Below, one piece after another: positions 18,361 to 27,963 of a stretch of 64,000 nucleotides of DNA. Source of the stretch: a virus (taxonomy: Duplodnaviria; Heunggongvirae; Uroviricota; Caudoviricetes). The notes under the pieces were generated by a model, which saw only the letters and a program-made list of their open reading frames with translations, did no database searches and had not been told where the DNA came from. Position 1 is the first letter of the stretch. Each line of letters opens with the position of its first letter. The translations under genes and the position numbers were made by a program. The DNA lies in IMG/VR virus record IMGVR_UViG_2903405734_000002, positions 64,001-128,000 of that record; one strand, given 5' to 3'.

Positions 18361-20067
18361 ATGAGAGTCTATGTCTCCGGCAACAACAAGGCAGTTGTCC
18401 TTGAACAAAAAGACTTCGTGTTTAGTGGCGGAGAAGGCAAGGTTTTCGTAAAGGGGGACGTTGCTTACAAAATCTACCACGACAGCTCAAAGGTCATTGA
18501 GCAGGGTCGCATCGAGGAACTGAGCAAAATCTCATCCCCCTTTGTGATCAAGCCGGAGAGCATGCTGCTGGACGATAATAATCGCCCTATCGGCTACAGC
18601 ATGAGAGCTCTTCATAACACTCTGCCATTATCACGCCTGTTCACCACCGAGTTTCGGACTGCAAACAACATCACTGATCAGGATGTCTATGCCCTTCTGC
18701 AACAGATGCGAGATACGTTGTCCAGCCTTCACAAGCAAGGCGTCTTGATAGTCGATGGAAACGAAATGAACTACCTTGTTTCCTCTGATTTCAAGTCAGT
18801 GTACTGGATTGATGTCGATAGCTATCAAACAGCATCGTACCCTGCCAAAGCATACTCGGAATCAACGCTGGATCCCCTGGTTGACGTTAAGAAGAAAAAC
18901 TTTAGTGCAGATTCAGACTGGTTTGCCTTTGGCATCATTGCCACCCAGCTGCTGGTGGGCATCCATCCGTTTAAGGGAACGTACAAGGGCAGCAGCCATA
19001 GCTTCAAGAGAGGCGATGTTGTTAGCCGCATGGCGAAAGCAGTATCCATCTTCCATTCAGATGTTTCTGTGAATAACGCAGTACGGGATTTTAGTGTCAT
19101 TCCTCAGAGCTACAAGCAGTGGCTGACGGCCATGTTTGAAGAGAAAAAGCGGATGCCAGCTCCAATGGATATGGTTATGTCGCAAGTATCCCAAGCTGTT
19201 CATACTGCCATCATAAGCTCTGCGTTGAACATGACTGAGGTGTTCTCCAGTGATTCAGCAATGCTTGATGTGTACTGTAGCGACCAAAAAATCGCATACA
19301 AAACAGATGGCTACTTTGTTGCTGATAAGGTAAAAATCCCGTATTCGAGCAGCAATACACATTTGGTATTCTCCCCTCGAACTCAGACCCCAATCTTGGT
19401 CAAAATCAAGGACGGGAAGATTATGATGCAGGATACCAAGACCAAGCAGGTTTATGAGGATGATTTCAACCTCAAGAGTTTCTTTGTGTACCAGAATCGA
19501 ATCTACGGGGTGTCAGAGGAATACATCCATGAGATCTCACTGCATGAGAATCAGAACAAGATGGTGATTGTGAGTGGTGTGGCTGAGGCCATCATGCCTC
19601 GCTCTACAGAGCTCTATACCAATGTGCTTATCCAACACATGATGGGTGCTATGTACTTGACCATTCCGTCAATGAAGGATGTGTTCTTGCAGATCAGGAT
19701 CCCAGAGATGGAGTCAAAGCGCATTATCAATGCCAAGTATGAGTCCGGTGTTCTGATCCTGGTTTCGCTGGCGGATAATGGTGATTACATCCACTCCTGC
19801 TACAAGATAAACCAAGCTACAGGCAAATATGAGTGGCTCATGGAGAAGCCAAGCGATGATGCATCAATCAACTTCGCCGTCCTCGATAACGGCATCGCTG
19901 TAGTCGAAGACAGCGGCACATTCAGTATTTTCAGCAATGAAATTGGCAAGAGCCAGGTCAAGGTTGTTGTAGATCCCAGCCTGGTTAAGAACATCAAGCT
20001 CAGCCACCATCGAATGATGCTGCTCGGGATTGATGGTAATGAACTGTATCACCTGTCCATGAAGTGA
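18361..20067 (+). CDS. Ser/Thr kinase-like protein (TerY-P triad type) with C-terminal beta-rich domain
   Basis: GGEGKV loop, AYKIY, VDGNEMNYLV, IDVDSYQ, DWFAFG...GIHPFKG. Confidence 0.88.
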   Translation: MRVYVSGNNKAVVLEQKDFVFSGGEGKVFVKGDVAYKIYHDSSKVIEQGRIEELSKISSPFVIKPESMLLDDNNRPIGYSMRALHNTLPLSRLFTTEFRTANNITDQDVYALLQQMRDTLSSLHKQGVLIVDGNEMNYLVSSDFKSVYWIDVDSYQTASYPAKAYSESTLDPLVDVKKKNFSADSDWFAFGIIATQLLVGIHPFKGTYKGSSHSFKRGDVVSRMAKAVSIFHSDVSVNNAVRDFSVIPQSYKQWLTAMFEEKKRMPAPMDMVMSQVSQAVHTAIISSALNMTEVFSSDSAMLDVYCSDQKIAYKTDGYFVADKVKIPYSSSNTHLVFSPRTQTPILVKIKDGKIMMQDTKTKQVYEDDFNLKSFFVYQNRIYGVSEEYIHEISLHENQNKMVIVSGVAEAIMPRSTELYTNVLIQHMMGAMYLTIPSMKDVFLQIRIPEMESKRIINAKYESGVLILVSLADNGDYIHSCYKINQATGKYEWLMEKPSDDASINFAVLDNGIAVVEDSGTFSIFSNEIGKSQVKVVVDPSLVKNIKLSHHRMMLLGIDGNELYHLSMK

Positions 20068-20088
20068 TGTCCGTTCATACAAAAACAC

Positions 20089-20118
20089 AAAAGGCCGCCA
20101 TTCATGGCGGTCTTTTAT
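20089..20118 (+). terminator. Intrinsic terminator
   Basis: AAGGCCGCCA-TTCA-TGGCGGTCTTTT. Confidence 0.75.
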
Positions 20119-20195
20119 TAAACAAGAGAATTGACATTTATTTTTTATTAAATATAATCATATTTAGTTTCACCTAAATTAATAAAGGGATAAAA

Positions 20196-20918
20196 ATGAC
20201 TGAGCTGATGGCTTTTTTTGCAGGAATCGTCCTGTCACCAACATTTGTAATTGCATTGGTCTTTAGCGGGATGTTCATGGAACACATTGAATATCCCAGG
20301 GTATCAGTATCACTTCTGATCTCAGGATTGATTCTATCTGGGGTGTTGTTAGGTCTCTCCCCTATTCTTATTGGCTGCATGCTGGTGGTCTACATGGCTA
20401 TCGGTCTCCCTTGGTCTATCTTCCGCTGGAAGATTAATGTGTCAACGCTCTCAAATGCGTTTATTGAACTAAATAATGAGCTAAAAGAGCTTGAAAAAAA
20501 TAGAACAGAGAATGAAGAAGATCATAGCAAAGAAAAGTTTGATAGCTTCAAAAGGAGAATCGTTAACAGTCTCCCTAAATACGCCCAGGCAATTATCAAC
20601 TATGATGAACATGTCAATGTAAATAATTCACATGACGTAAGCGCTCGACTTACCGAAGAATCAATTCGAAATGATATTAAAAACCTAAAAATCATGATTG
20701 ACCCAAAGAAAAATATCACAATGATTGTTTCATGGGTTATGTGGTGGCCTATTGGTGTTGCGTATCACTTTGGTGCTGATATGTTCCGTGCAATTGAAGA
20801 GATCATCAAGAAACATTTCATGAGCGTATTCAATAAGATTTCCAGTAATGCGATCAGAGATGTGGAGAATGCAGTTCTGAGCAACGAGAATCAGCCTGGT
20901 AATGAGGCAAATCAATAA
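20196..20918 (+). CDS. Membrane hypothetical protein
   Basis: Three N-terminal hydrophobic segments, a coiled coil, and a further hydrophobic segment. Confidence 0.75.
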   Translation: MTELMAFFAGIVLSPTFVIALVFSGMFMEHIEYPRVSVSLLISGLILSGVLLGLSPILIGCMLVVYMAIGLPWSIFRWKINVSTLSNAFIELNNELKELEKNRTENEEDHSKEKFDSFKRRIVNSLPKYAQAIINYDEHVNVNNSHDVSARLTEESIRNDIKNLKIMIDPKKNITMIVSWVMWWPIGVAYHFGADMFRAIEEIIKKHFMSVFNKISSNAIRDVENAVLSNENQPGNEANQ

Positions 20919-20931
20919 AGCACATTCCAGT

Positions 20932-20958
20932 AAAAAGGCTGCCTCGGCAGCCTTTTTT
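20932..20958. terminator. Bidirectional intrinsic terminator
   Basis: AAAAAGGCTGCC-TC-GGCAGCCTTTTTT between convergent genes. Confidence 0.8.
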
Positions 20959-21676
20959 ACATTTCCATCTCAACTTCTCTTTCTTTTGAGATAACCCGTC
21001 CTTTGTTCTGATAGACCATTTCCTTGTTAGATTCATACCGGACTTGATCTTTATTGAAAGGTCTATACTCAGAGCAGGCACAGATTCTATTATCATAATG
21101 AGGAGAATCTTCAACCTTTTCATCCAAATGGGAAACTCCAATAGATGCTATCCCGTCATAGCCCAGTGATTTCAACAAAGTTATTACGCGAGCATCATCA
21201 CATAGCCAATAGGTTTCAATGTAGGCCATATCCTGCTCATCCTGATCCATATCATTAAACTCATCCAAATCAGTTTCGCAGCCATCATGATTCCAAACCC
21301 CTTTGCTCATTGTCTCCTCCAGAAAGGACTGCCACTGGATAGTCTCTAGCTTGGAGCCAAAAATTTCTCTAATATCAACATAATCGATATATCGGCTTTC
21401 GTTAATAATAAGCGGTTTTTTCATGGCAATTTCATAGATGCCGACAACACCATATGAATCACCTGTATCGTGCTCATAGTTGTTGGGGCTAACAGCATAA
21501 ACAGAGGCAGTATGAGGAGAACCAGTGAATGTCGGAACGGCTCTATTGAATGTAATAAATGGGTTCTCAAGGTGCTTTTCTATCTCACCTTCTTCTGCAT
21601 GAAAGCCTCTATACATTTTAATTGGTGTAGAGTCTTCATTTCTCATAAGATACTTTTCAAAATCTTCTTTTTTCAT
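20957..21676 (-). CDS. ADP-ribosyltransferase-like protein (ART-PolyVal-like); tail ...REVEMEM
   Basis: MYRG...FT..P..A.VYA...YEI.MKKP...GYDGI...EY..F..DQVR; start placed at ATG 21676. Confidence 0.65.
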   Translation of the reverse strand: MKKEDFEKYLMRNEDSTPIKMYRGFHAEEGEIEKHLENPFITFNRAVPTFTGSPHTASVYAVSPNNYEHDTGDSYGVVGIYEIAMKKPLIINESRYIDYVDIREIFGSKLETIQWQSFLEETMSKGVWNHDGCETDLDEFNDMDQDEQDMAYIETYWLCDDARVITLLKSLGYDGIASIGVSHLDEKVEDSPHYDNRICACSEYRPFNKDQVRYESNKEMVYQNKGRVISKEREVEMEM

Positions 21677-21689
21677 AGTTGTGACCTTT

Positions 21690-22007
21690 TTAAATATAAA
21701 GAGGCTCAAGATTGATCTTTACACTCTGGATCATTTTTGAAAATTCTTCGACAATCTGAACTTCATCATCAACATTATCCAGGGTAGCTCCCTTGCACTG
21801 GGATACTTTTGCCATAAGCACACCAATAACAGCCTGAACATCAGTAATCGACTCTTTTATGTCCCTTACATAGGTCAAGATAGATTTCATGTCTGGATCT
21901 TCTAAATCGATCTCTGGAATAAATTGCTTTTTCATTGTGTTATCCAAAGAAACAATATCCATTTGGACGCCAACAACAAAATCAACGACATCTTTCTTTA
22001 AAAACAT
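21690..22007 (-). CDS. Family B acidic ~105-aa helical protein
   Basis: MFLKKDVVDF...EDPD...VDDEV aligns with 11223 and 11602. Confidence 0.85.
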   Translation of the reverse strand: MFLKKDVVDFVVGVQMDIVSLDNTMKKQFIPEIDLEDPDMKSILTYVRDIKESITDVQAVIGVLMAKVSQCKGATLDNVDDEVQIVEEFSKMIQSVKINLEPLYI

Positions 22008-22019
22008 GTATTCCCTCTT

Positions 22020-22667
22020 TTACCTTGAAAAGGATTGTTCAGTGGACTGGTGCTTTTTGATGAAGTTCTCCCTAGCTTCCAGAAGCTTACTAGCAGAGCG
22101 ATCCATCATGAGTCCCAGCCTTATTGCAGAGCCAGAATCAAGCTTCTTTGATTCATCAAAATCTATGGCTAATTTAAATTTCTCAATAATCGCATCCCTT
22201 GCTGCACCAAGAACAACACGTTGTTCAACAGGAGGAAGATCAGGATTAATTGATTTTATTGCATCAGCAAATCGAGCTGAAATACCACTATCTCTATCCA
22301 GATAGTGTTTTATTGTTTCTTTTTGGTAGTGACTAGCAACAGATGAGGCAACAACCGGAAGGATAAATCTTGCAGCAACTAAAGATACCGCAACAGCGGC
22401 CATGGATGCGACATCATTAAAAGATACAGATGGTGATGCACCATTCAGTATTTCGCTCCCGCCGTATGCAGCCATACTTCCTGATGATATTGTAGCCAAA
22501 ACAGCAGCGCCAATGAATGTAATATCACCATTTTCAGATCGAATTAACTCATCAGTTTTTTTGAAAAACGACATTACCTTTTCAGACATTGGCTTGAAGT
22601 CCTTTGACACAGCCTCTTCTATGTTCTTGATATTGCTTAATATTTCTTCTTTTAATAATTTGGTCAT
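22020..22667 (-). CDS. Family A hydrophobic-hairpin protein; tail ...TEQSFSR
   Basis: VSKDFKPMSEKVMSFF and LVAARFILPVVA motifs. Confidence 0.85.
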   Translation of the reverse strand: MTKLLKEEILSNIKNIEEAVSKDFKPMSEKVMSFFKKTDELIRSENGDITFIGAAVLATISSGSMAAYGGSEILNGASPSVSFNDVASMAAVAVSLVAARFILPVVASSVASHYQKETIKHYLDRDSGISARFADAIKSINPDLPPVEQRVVLGAARDAIIEKFKLAIDFDESKKLDSGSAIRLGLMMDRSASKLLEARENFIKKHQSTEQSFSR

Positions 22668-22781
22668 CGGCCTATCCTGATGTTGCTTTTATTTAAAAGA
22701 CTGTTATTACACAGTCTTTTAGCAACTTATTATTGTTATAACTTATTCTAACTCACAGGTAGTTACTTATCAAATAAATAA

Positions 22782-23384
22782 CTACATATCATTATCAGAG
22801 GAATAATGATTTCTGACTTTTACTTTTTTTGCGAACGCCAGCTCAACGGCTGGCTGATTATGGTTGATAAAAATCTTGTTGAATCCCATCTTCGCTCTAT
22901 CTAATGCGGCGACACCATTATCACTTAGCTTTCCATCTTTCTGCATCATTCTCTTCTTGTAATCACCGAGAACTAGAATTCTGCTGTAATCATGAATGTG
23001 ATTAAAGTCATTTGATGAAGATGTGGATTTGATTTTATCTATCTCTTTATGAAAAGCCTCAACGAGATCGTCTGGTGATGACTCGTAGCTTTTTACAGAT
23101 AGTCCTTGAAGGGCCGATTTTATAGCGCTTTTCCCTGCTCCGAGCAAAATCCCGCAAACAACGCTTCCGTAAATGATAGAATCAAGCCTGGCATTGCCTG
23201 TTCCACCTAGCGATGCTGTTGCGGCGACAATAGCAGCAAGAGTAGTTTCAGCCTTTTTAGATGCTCTGTTTTCAAGAGAATCAAAAAAAGAACTAACCTT
23301 AACTGAAAAAGGACGGGTTTGGTTATCCACATTCGCCCTAACTTCATCGATTTTTCTAACAACTTCTTCTCTTGATAGTGTCAT
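22782..23384 (-). CDS. Family A hydrophobic-hairpin protein (divergent)
   Basis: V..QTRPFSVKVSSFF..L and two Ala/Gly-rich hydrophobic segments. Confidence 0.8.
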   Translation of the reverse strand: MTLSREEVVRKIDEVRANVDNQTRPFSVKVSSFFDSLENRASKKAETTLAAIVAATASLGGTGNARLDSIIYGSVVCGILLGAGKSAIKSALQGLSVKSYESSPDDLVEAFHKEIDKIKSTSSSNDFNHIHDYSRILVLGDYKKRMMQKDGKLSDNGVAALDRAKMGFNKIFINHNQPAVELAFAKKVKVRNHYSSDNDM

Positions 23385-23646
23385 GCTTCACTCTCTGTTT
23401 TTATAGTTATACCTCTATTTTAAATAAATAGAGCAACAAACGCACTACTTTTTTATCATAATAAAACATTGGCATTTAAGCTGGCTACAAAACATATAAA
23501 AACAAAAATGATGTGTCATCTTTGACATTTGCAAAGCAATGAAATACAAACAAAAACTTTAATGGCAGCATATATAAAAAAACAAATAACCAGATTGTTA
23601 TAATACATTGGAATGAGTTATTATTCGCAAAAAAAAAGGAAAGATT

Positions 23647-24267
23647 ATGAATAAAAGCTCTATCGACTCATCTGTTGTTGGCGGCATGTGGTTTTTCTCT
23701 GTATTTATGCTTGTGCTATTTGGTGCTGGAATTACATTTTTCCAAAAAATAGAAGGCAGCATGAAGAAAGAGGGTTCTGTTAACCTGTATCTTAGTGCCT
23801 CTGACTGCAAGAAAAAAATAAAAAAAGACATGATCTCAATTTGCGAAATCAATAGCAATATAGCAGAAGAGATGGCTCTTATGGTTTATATGCCATACAA
23901 CAACAAAGAGGAGTGCAGTAAGGACTATGGCGACACTTGTTCCGAGCAGCTACGAGGAACCTGGGCTCCCAAGATGAGTGGTTTTCTTATGATTCCTGTT
24001 GATGGAGACATGCGAAGCATTCCTGCATACTACTCAGAAGTACACAAGATGCATTTTCTCGCGCCTGGATATCCATTGATTGCCGGAGGAAATAGCTTCC
24101 CTATCATCACAAAGGACTCTCTCTATGTCCTTACAATCGGCAGGCGTCTTAGTGATCTGGTGTGTGATGGTGCAATTAATCAATGTAAAAAAAGAATTGA
24201 TATAGCAAAAAGCGGAACCAACAAGGAGAAGATAAAACTGTTCGATCCCGAGGTTAGGGGTCAATAA
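23647..24267 (+). CDS. Membrane-anchored Cys-rich protein, DUF1190/YgiB-like
   Basis: One N-terminal TM; Y....DC...C...A....Y...EEC...YG..C....W.P.MSGF. Confidence 0.6.
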   Translation: MNKSSIDSSVVGGMWFFSVFMLVLFGAGITFFQKIEGSMKKEGSVNLYLSASDCKKKIKKDMISICEINSNIAEEMALMVYMPYNNKEECSKDYGDTCSEQLRGTWAPKMSGFLMIPVDGDMRSIPAYYSEVHKMHFLAPGYPLIAGGNSFPIITKDSLYVLTIGRRLSDLVCDGAINQCKKRIDIAKSGTNKEKIKLFDPEVRGQ

Positions 24268-24270
24268 AAT

Positions 24271-24302
24271 AAAGAAACGAGCCTTGTGGCTCGTTTCTTT
24301 TT
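24271..24302. terminator. Bidirectional intrinsic terminator
   Basis: AAAGAAACGAGCC-TTGT-GGCTCGTTTCTTT. Confidence 0.85.
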
Positions 24303-24303
24303 A

Positions 24304-24753
24304 TTACTTGTTACCAAGCAATTTTTTCTTTACCAGTTCGCCTGCGGCCTTGCCATCAAATCGGCCAGCATGCACTGACAGATCAGACATGATTGATTTC
24401 ATGTCGGAAATTTTGCTGTAGCCACCTTTAGAGATGATGCCATCAATAATGCCGTTCAGTTCTTCATGAGGCATCAGTTCCGGCAAATACTGTTTGAGCA
24501 GAGAGAGCTCAAACTCCTGGCTTTCATTTGCTTTTCCGCCTGATTTTTCAATGCACAAATCAATACCGGAAATAAACCCATTAATGACCTTCACCACTTC
24601 GGCGTCAGTTGATTCACGCTTGCCATCATTGAAGCCAGGTGCAGAAGCCTCCGCTACAAGCGGATTTAAAACACTGACAACATTTGCCTGGCGGGCCTTA
24701 CGGGCAGTCAACAAGTCAGCCTTGATTCTTGCCAACAAAGATAATTCAGTCAT
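24304..24753 (-). CDS. GatB/YqeY domain protein
   Basis: IK.DL..ARKA...TD.EV..VI...E..LL..YLP......L..II...M..IM...GRFDGK. Confidence 0.85.
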   Translation of the reverse strand: MTELSLLARIKADLLTARKARQANVVSVLNPLVAEASAPGFNDGKRESTDAEVVKVINGFISGIDLCIEKSGGKANESQEFELSLLKQYLPELMPHEELNGIIDGIISKGGYSKISDMKSIMSDLSVHAGRFDGKAAGELVKKKLLGNK

Positions 24754-24951
24754 GCGACTCTCCTTTTCGATAGTCCCTTGCGGGAATTATTGAAATATAT
24801 CCCTGGTGGTTGAGCTAGTCAACTTTTTTATTAAAAAAATATTATACCAAACTAAAAGTATGCTGGCATATATATTGAGCTGGTTTTTATGGGCAGTTGA
24901 CGCTTTCTGCCCTGGTTGAATTGACGACTTCTATCTTGAAGGAACGCTGAA

Positions 24952-25506
24952 TCAAGCCAAAAGTAGCTTCTTCCCTGTAAGGGATGGATCGTAGGCGTTA
25001 ATTTTGCGATTTATGGCTTTTGATTTCTTTTTGAGGGTGTTGTTATAGACAAGCTCGCTTTCAATGAAGGTTCGACCATTCTGAATGTGTCCAAGCATTG
25101 CATCGTCATTGAATATATTTTCGCTATAAATAAAGTTACTTCTTAGCATCATTCGATTTTTTTCCTCAAGGATGTTGATCCTTACGGAGCGCCTCATTTC
25201 AGCCAGATAGGAGATTTGGTTGAGGCTGCCCTTCTCTATTGTGCTAAGAGACCCTTCATCCAGGAGCATGAACATTGCCACAACCATCTCATCAGCGGCT
25301 CCCAGGCTACATGCTAGCCTCGCATGCTCATTTGCAAAGCTCAGTGAACTCCATGCCTTCTTTGCTGCCCCACAAGCAGTGGTCACAATTGACTGGCTGA
25401 TTTCGTGCATCTCTCCAGCTATTCGCTTGGACTCCCTTCTCTTAAAGGCTGAGCTTGATGTGATGGAGATGATGTTGGGGAAAAGGCCAAAAATGCTAAG
25501 ATCCAT
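24952..25506 (-). CDS. Hypothetical protein
   Basis: 184-aa ORF preceded by an RBS-like AGA..CGG; no recognised motif. Confidence 0.65.
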   Translation of the reverse strand: MDLSIFGLFPNIISITSSSAFKRRESKRIAGEMHEISQSIVTTACGAAKKAWSSLSFANEHARLACSLGAADEMVVAMFMLLDEGSLSTIEKGSLNQISYLAEMRRSVRINILEEKNRMMLRSNFIYSENIFNDDAMLGHIQNGRTFIESELVYNNTLKKKSKAINRKINAYDPSLTGKKLLLA

Positions 25507-25738
25507 TGCCGTATCTCTTATGGGGTGATGGTTGTTGATTGGTGTGGTGAATCGTCATCCAACATGACAGTTCGGAGCGGATCATAAGATCGAAAAATAG
25601 ACATGTCAAATTCTTTTTTGAATAAAAAACAGGCAAAAGAGATTCTTATGAGACACAAAACCACCTTAGTTTAACCCAAAATATTGCCAAAATATTTATT
25701 TGAATATATAATAAGTAATCAGATTTTTGGAGTTGTTT

Positions 25739-26542
25739 ATGAACAAAGTGTTAAGATTGCAGGAAAACAAAATAGGAAGAGATATTACCGTCACCGATGT
25801 GCATGGAATGTTTCATCTGCTTAGGCAGGCTCTGGATGCCATCAATTTTGATGGACGAAGGGATAGATTGATTGCAATCGGAGATCTTGTTGATCGCGGG
25901 CCATATTCACATGTTGTTGCAGAATGGCTGAATGCCCCCTGGTTTTTCTCGGCAATGGGTAATCATGATGCCCAGTATGCTTTTGAAGAAAGAAGGAAGG
26001 CGTTCAAGGAAAAGCATGGACGCATGGCTTTAGATCCATGTGATAAGGAGAACTGGATTTGTCTTCCGGTAAACACATGGTACATGGATTTGCCGAATCC
26101 TGATGAAGCTGAGCATATCTTCAAAACCATTTACGAAAAAACCTATCCAGCAATTGAGATCGAAACCGGAGAAGGAGTTATTGGCTTTGTTCATGCAGCC
26201 GTACCGGAAAATCTTAATTGGACTGAGCTCTGCACAGAGCTAAATAACGAAAACTTCAAGGTGTTCAAGAGAGCGGTTACTGACAGGACATTAGCAAGAA
26301 TTGCGCAAGAAAAATCTGAAAATGGCGTAAATGAAGATGATTATTTAATTGGCGATGTTCTGCATGTCTTTCACGGTCATACCATCGGAAAAGACTGCAC
26401 TCCGTACAGTATTGCAAACAGATATTATATTGATACAGGGGCATACAAAACACAAAAAAAAGAGCACAACCCTAATGCAGGAATCACTCTTTTTGATATA
26501 AAAAACCCTAAAAAACCTTTATATTCAAGCGCATGGAAATGA
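25739..26542 (+). CDS. Calcineurin-like metallophosphoesterase (PphA/NinI-type Ser/Thr phosphatase)
   Basis: DVHG, GDLVDRG, GNHD, FVHA, FHGHT, IDTGA; GGAG RBS before ATG 25739. Confidence 0.9.
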   Translation: MNKVLRLQENKIGRDITVTDVHGMFHLLRQALDAINFDGRRDRLIAIGDLVDRGPYSHVVAEWLNAPWFFSAMGNHDAQYAFEERRKAFKEKHGRMALDPCDKENWICLPVNTWYMDLPNPDEAEHIFKTIYEKTYPAIEIETGEGVIGFVHAAVPENLNWTELCTELNNENFKVFKRAVTDRTLARIAQEKSENGVNEDDYLIGDVLHVFHGHTIGKDCTPYSIANRYYIDTGAYKTQKKEHNPNAGITLFDIKNPKKPLYSSAWK

Positions 26543-26654
26543 TAGAGAGGGCGTTAGCCCTCTCTAAATCTTGGGTTCTTTTTGTTTCTCTTTTTCTTTC
26601 TCAGGACGGCAGAGACAAATCTCTTAAGTCCAGGCATAAAATCTATTGTTGTCT

Positions 26655-27860
26655 TCATAAATTCATCTCTATTTGATTGTTTTTATTTTCGCTCCTTTCT
26701 AGTTTTGCTTCTGCTTTTAGGAATGATGGGGCATCCAGCAAAGCCAACTCATTGTTTTTTATTTTTGATTTCACAATGTTGGATGTTGTAAACCAGCACC
26801 CTTGCCCAACAGACGCGCCTATCCTTGGAATTCCTATTTTTTTGTTTTTGTACCTTCGATCTATCTCTCCAAATATATTTCTAACCGCTTCATAATCTGT
26901 CATGAGTGCATTTTCATCGCCAGACTTTCCGAGCTGCGTGTATGCATTAATCACAATTATTTCTTTGTTGTTGTGTTCAATTACTGACTCACTAAATGTA
27001 CCAATCTTCTTTTTGTCCCCTAATCTCGTAAGCAGATCAGCATCCCTGGCTGACGGGAAAAGACTAAAGATTGAACTTGAAATGGCATCTGTATTATCAT
27101 GAAGAATATTGCAGTCATGAACTATGATATCAAGATTTCCTGCATTAATCATCTCTGAGAAACTGCTGTGATACACATTTTTAAATCCAGTGTACTCGGC
27201 AATCTTTTCATCTACATATTTTTCAAGATCGATCCCATTGATGGCCTTAAATCGTTCAAAGTAGTTTCTGCTCCAAGACATGGCCTTCTCGTAATCGTTC
27301 TTGTTTCCAAGATTCGTTACATTAACACCATATTCATTGGCAATCCTGATAGCCTGGCCTGTACCGCCTGTTTTTCCGCTTGTCTCGCTTGCAAATCTTG
27401 CTCCATCACCTGTATAGCACATGACGAATCTAACTGGACTCTCAAGGCTCTTTGTTAAGACTTGCATGGCATTTCTTGACATGAGTTTTCTTGCTGGCTC
27501 AGAGAGGTAATTCCACCCAGGGTGAAACCGAGAAGACAAGCTTTCTGCCATGGGATGAATATCGGTGTTATAACCACTGCCAGAGGCCCTGCCATTGAAT
27601 CCTTTCCATCCCAGGTGTACGTTCATGACCCTACCATAGTCACCAGCAGGCAATGTGCTATCAATGCTGCACATGAAATCATAGGCCATCCTTGCTCCGG
27701 TCTCGAAGGATGTGTCTGAGCCGTCAGCTGCTCCTGACTCCAGTACGCCACCAGACATAGCAAGAGCAAATCCCAGCTTGATCATGGAAACAGACAGCTT
27801 GCCAGTAACCTTCCTGGAACCGATGCCAGCAAAATGAAATAGATTGAAGTTAAAATGCAT
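26655..27860 (-). CDS. SLOG (DprA/YspA-like) + Macro domain fusion; tail ...NQIEMNL
   Basis: N-terminal AGIGSR...SGAADGSD...GGTG.AIRIA. C-terminal phage-type macro pattern IIVH.CN...IGT...VINAYTQ...DYEA...IG.PRIGA..G.G.W. Confidence 0.75.
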   Translation of the reverse strand: MHFNFNLFHFAGIGSRKVTGKLSVSMIKLGFALAMSGGVLESGAADGSDTSFETGARMAYDFMCSIDSTLPAGDYGRVMNVHLGWKGFNGRASGSGYNTDIHPMAESLSSRFHPGWNYLSEPARKLMSRNAMQVLTKSLESPVRFVMCYTGDGARFASETSGKTGGTGQAIRIANEYGVNVTNLGNKNDYEKAMSWSRNYFERFKAINGIDLEKYVDEKIAEYTGFKNVYHSSFSEMINAGNLDIIVHDCNILHDNTDAISSSIFSLFPSARDADLLTRLGDKKKIGTFSESVIEHNNKEIIVINAYTQLGKSGDENALMTDYEAVRNIFGEIDRRYKNKKIGIPRIGASVGQGCWFTTSNIVKSKIKNNELALLDAPSFLKAEAKLERSENKNNQIEMNL

Positions 27861-27963
27861 AAACAACCCCTTTATTTTATGTAATAATAACATGGAAGGG
27901 ATAAAAGATCATGATGTGCCAATAAAAACAGCAAAAATTATTATGAGACAGGTGTGTTATAAA

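Noticed and set aside
11223-22007. Family B as WXG100/ESAT-6 proteins
   Set aside because: Size and helicity fit, but there is no central WxG motif and the context is Gram-negative.
23323-23331. Perfect DnaA box TTATCCACA
   Set aside because: Single copy inside a coding sequence; none found beside the array or its AT-rich flank.
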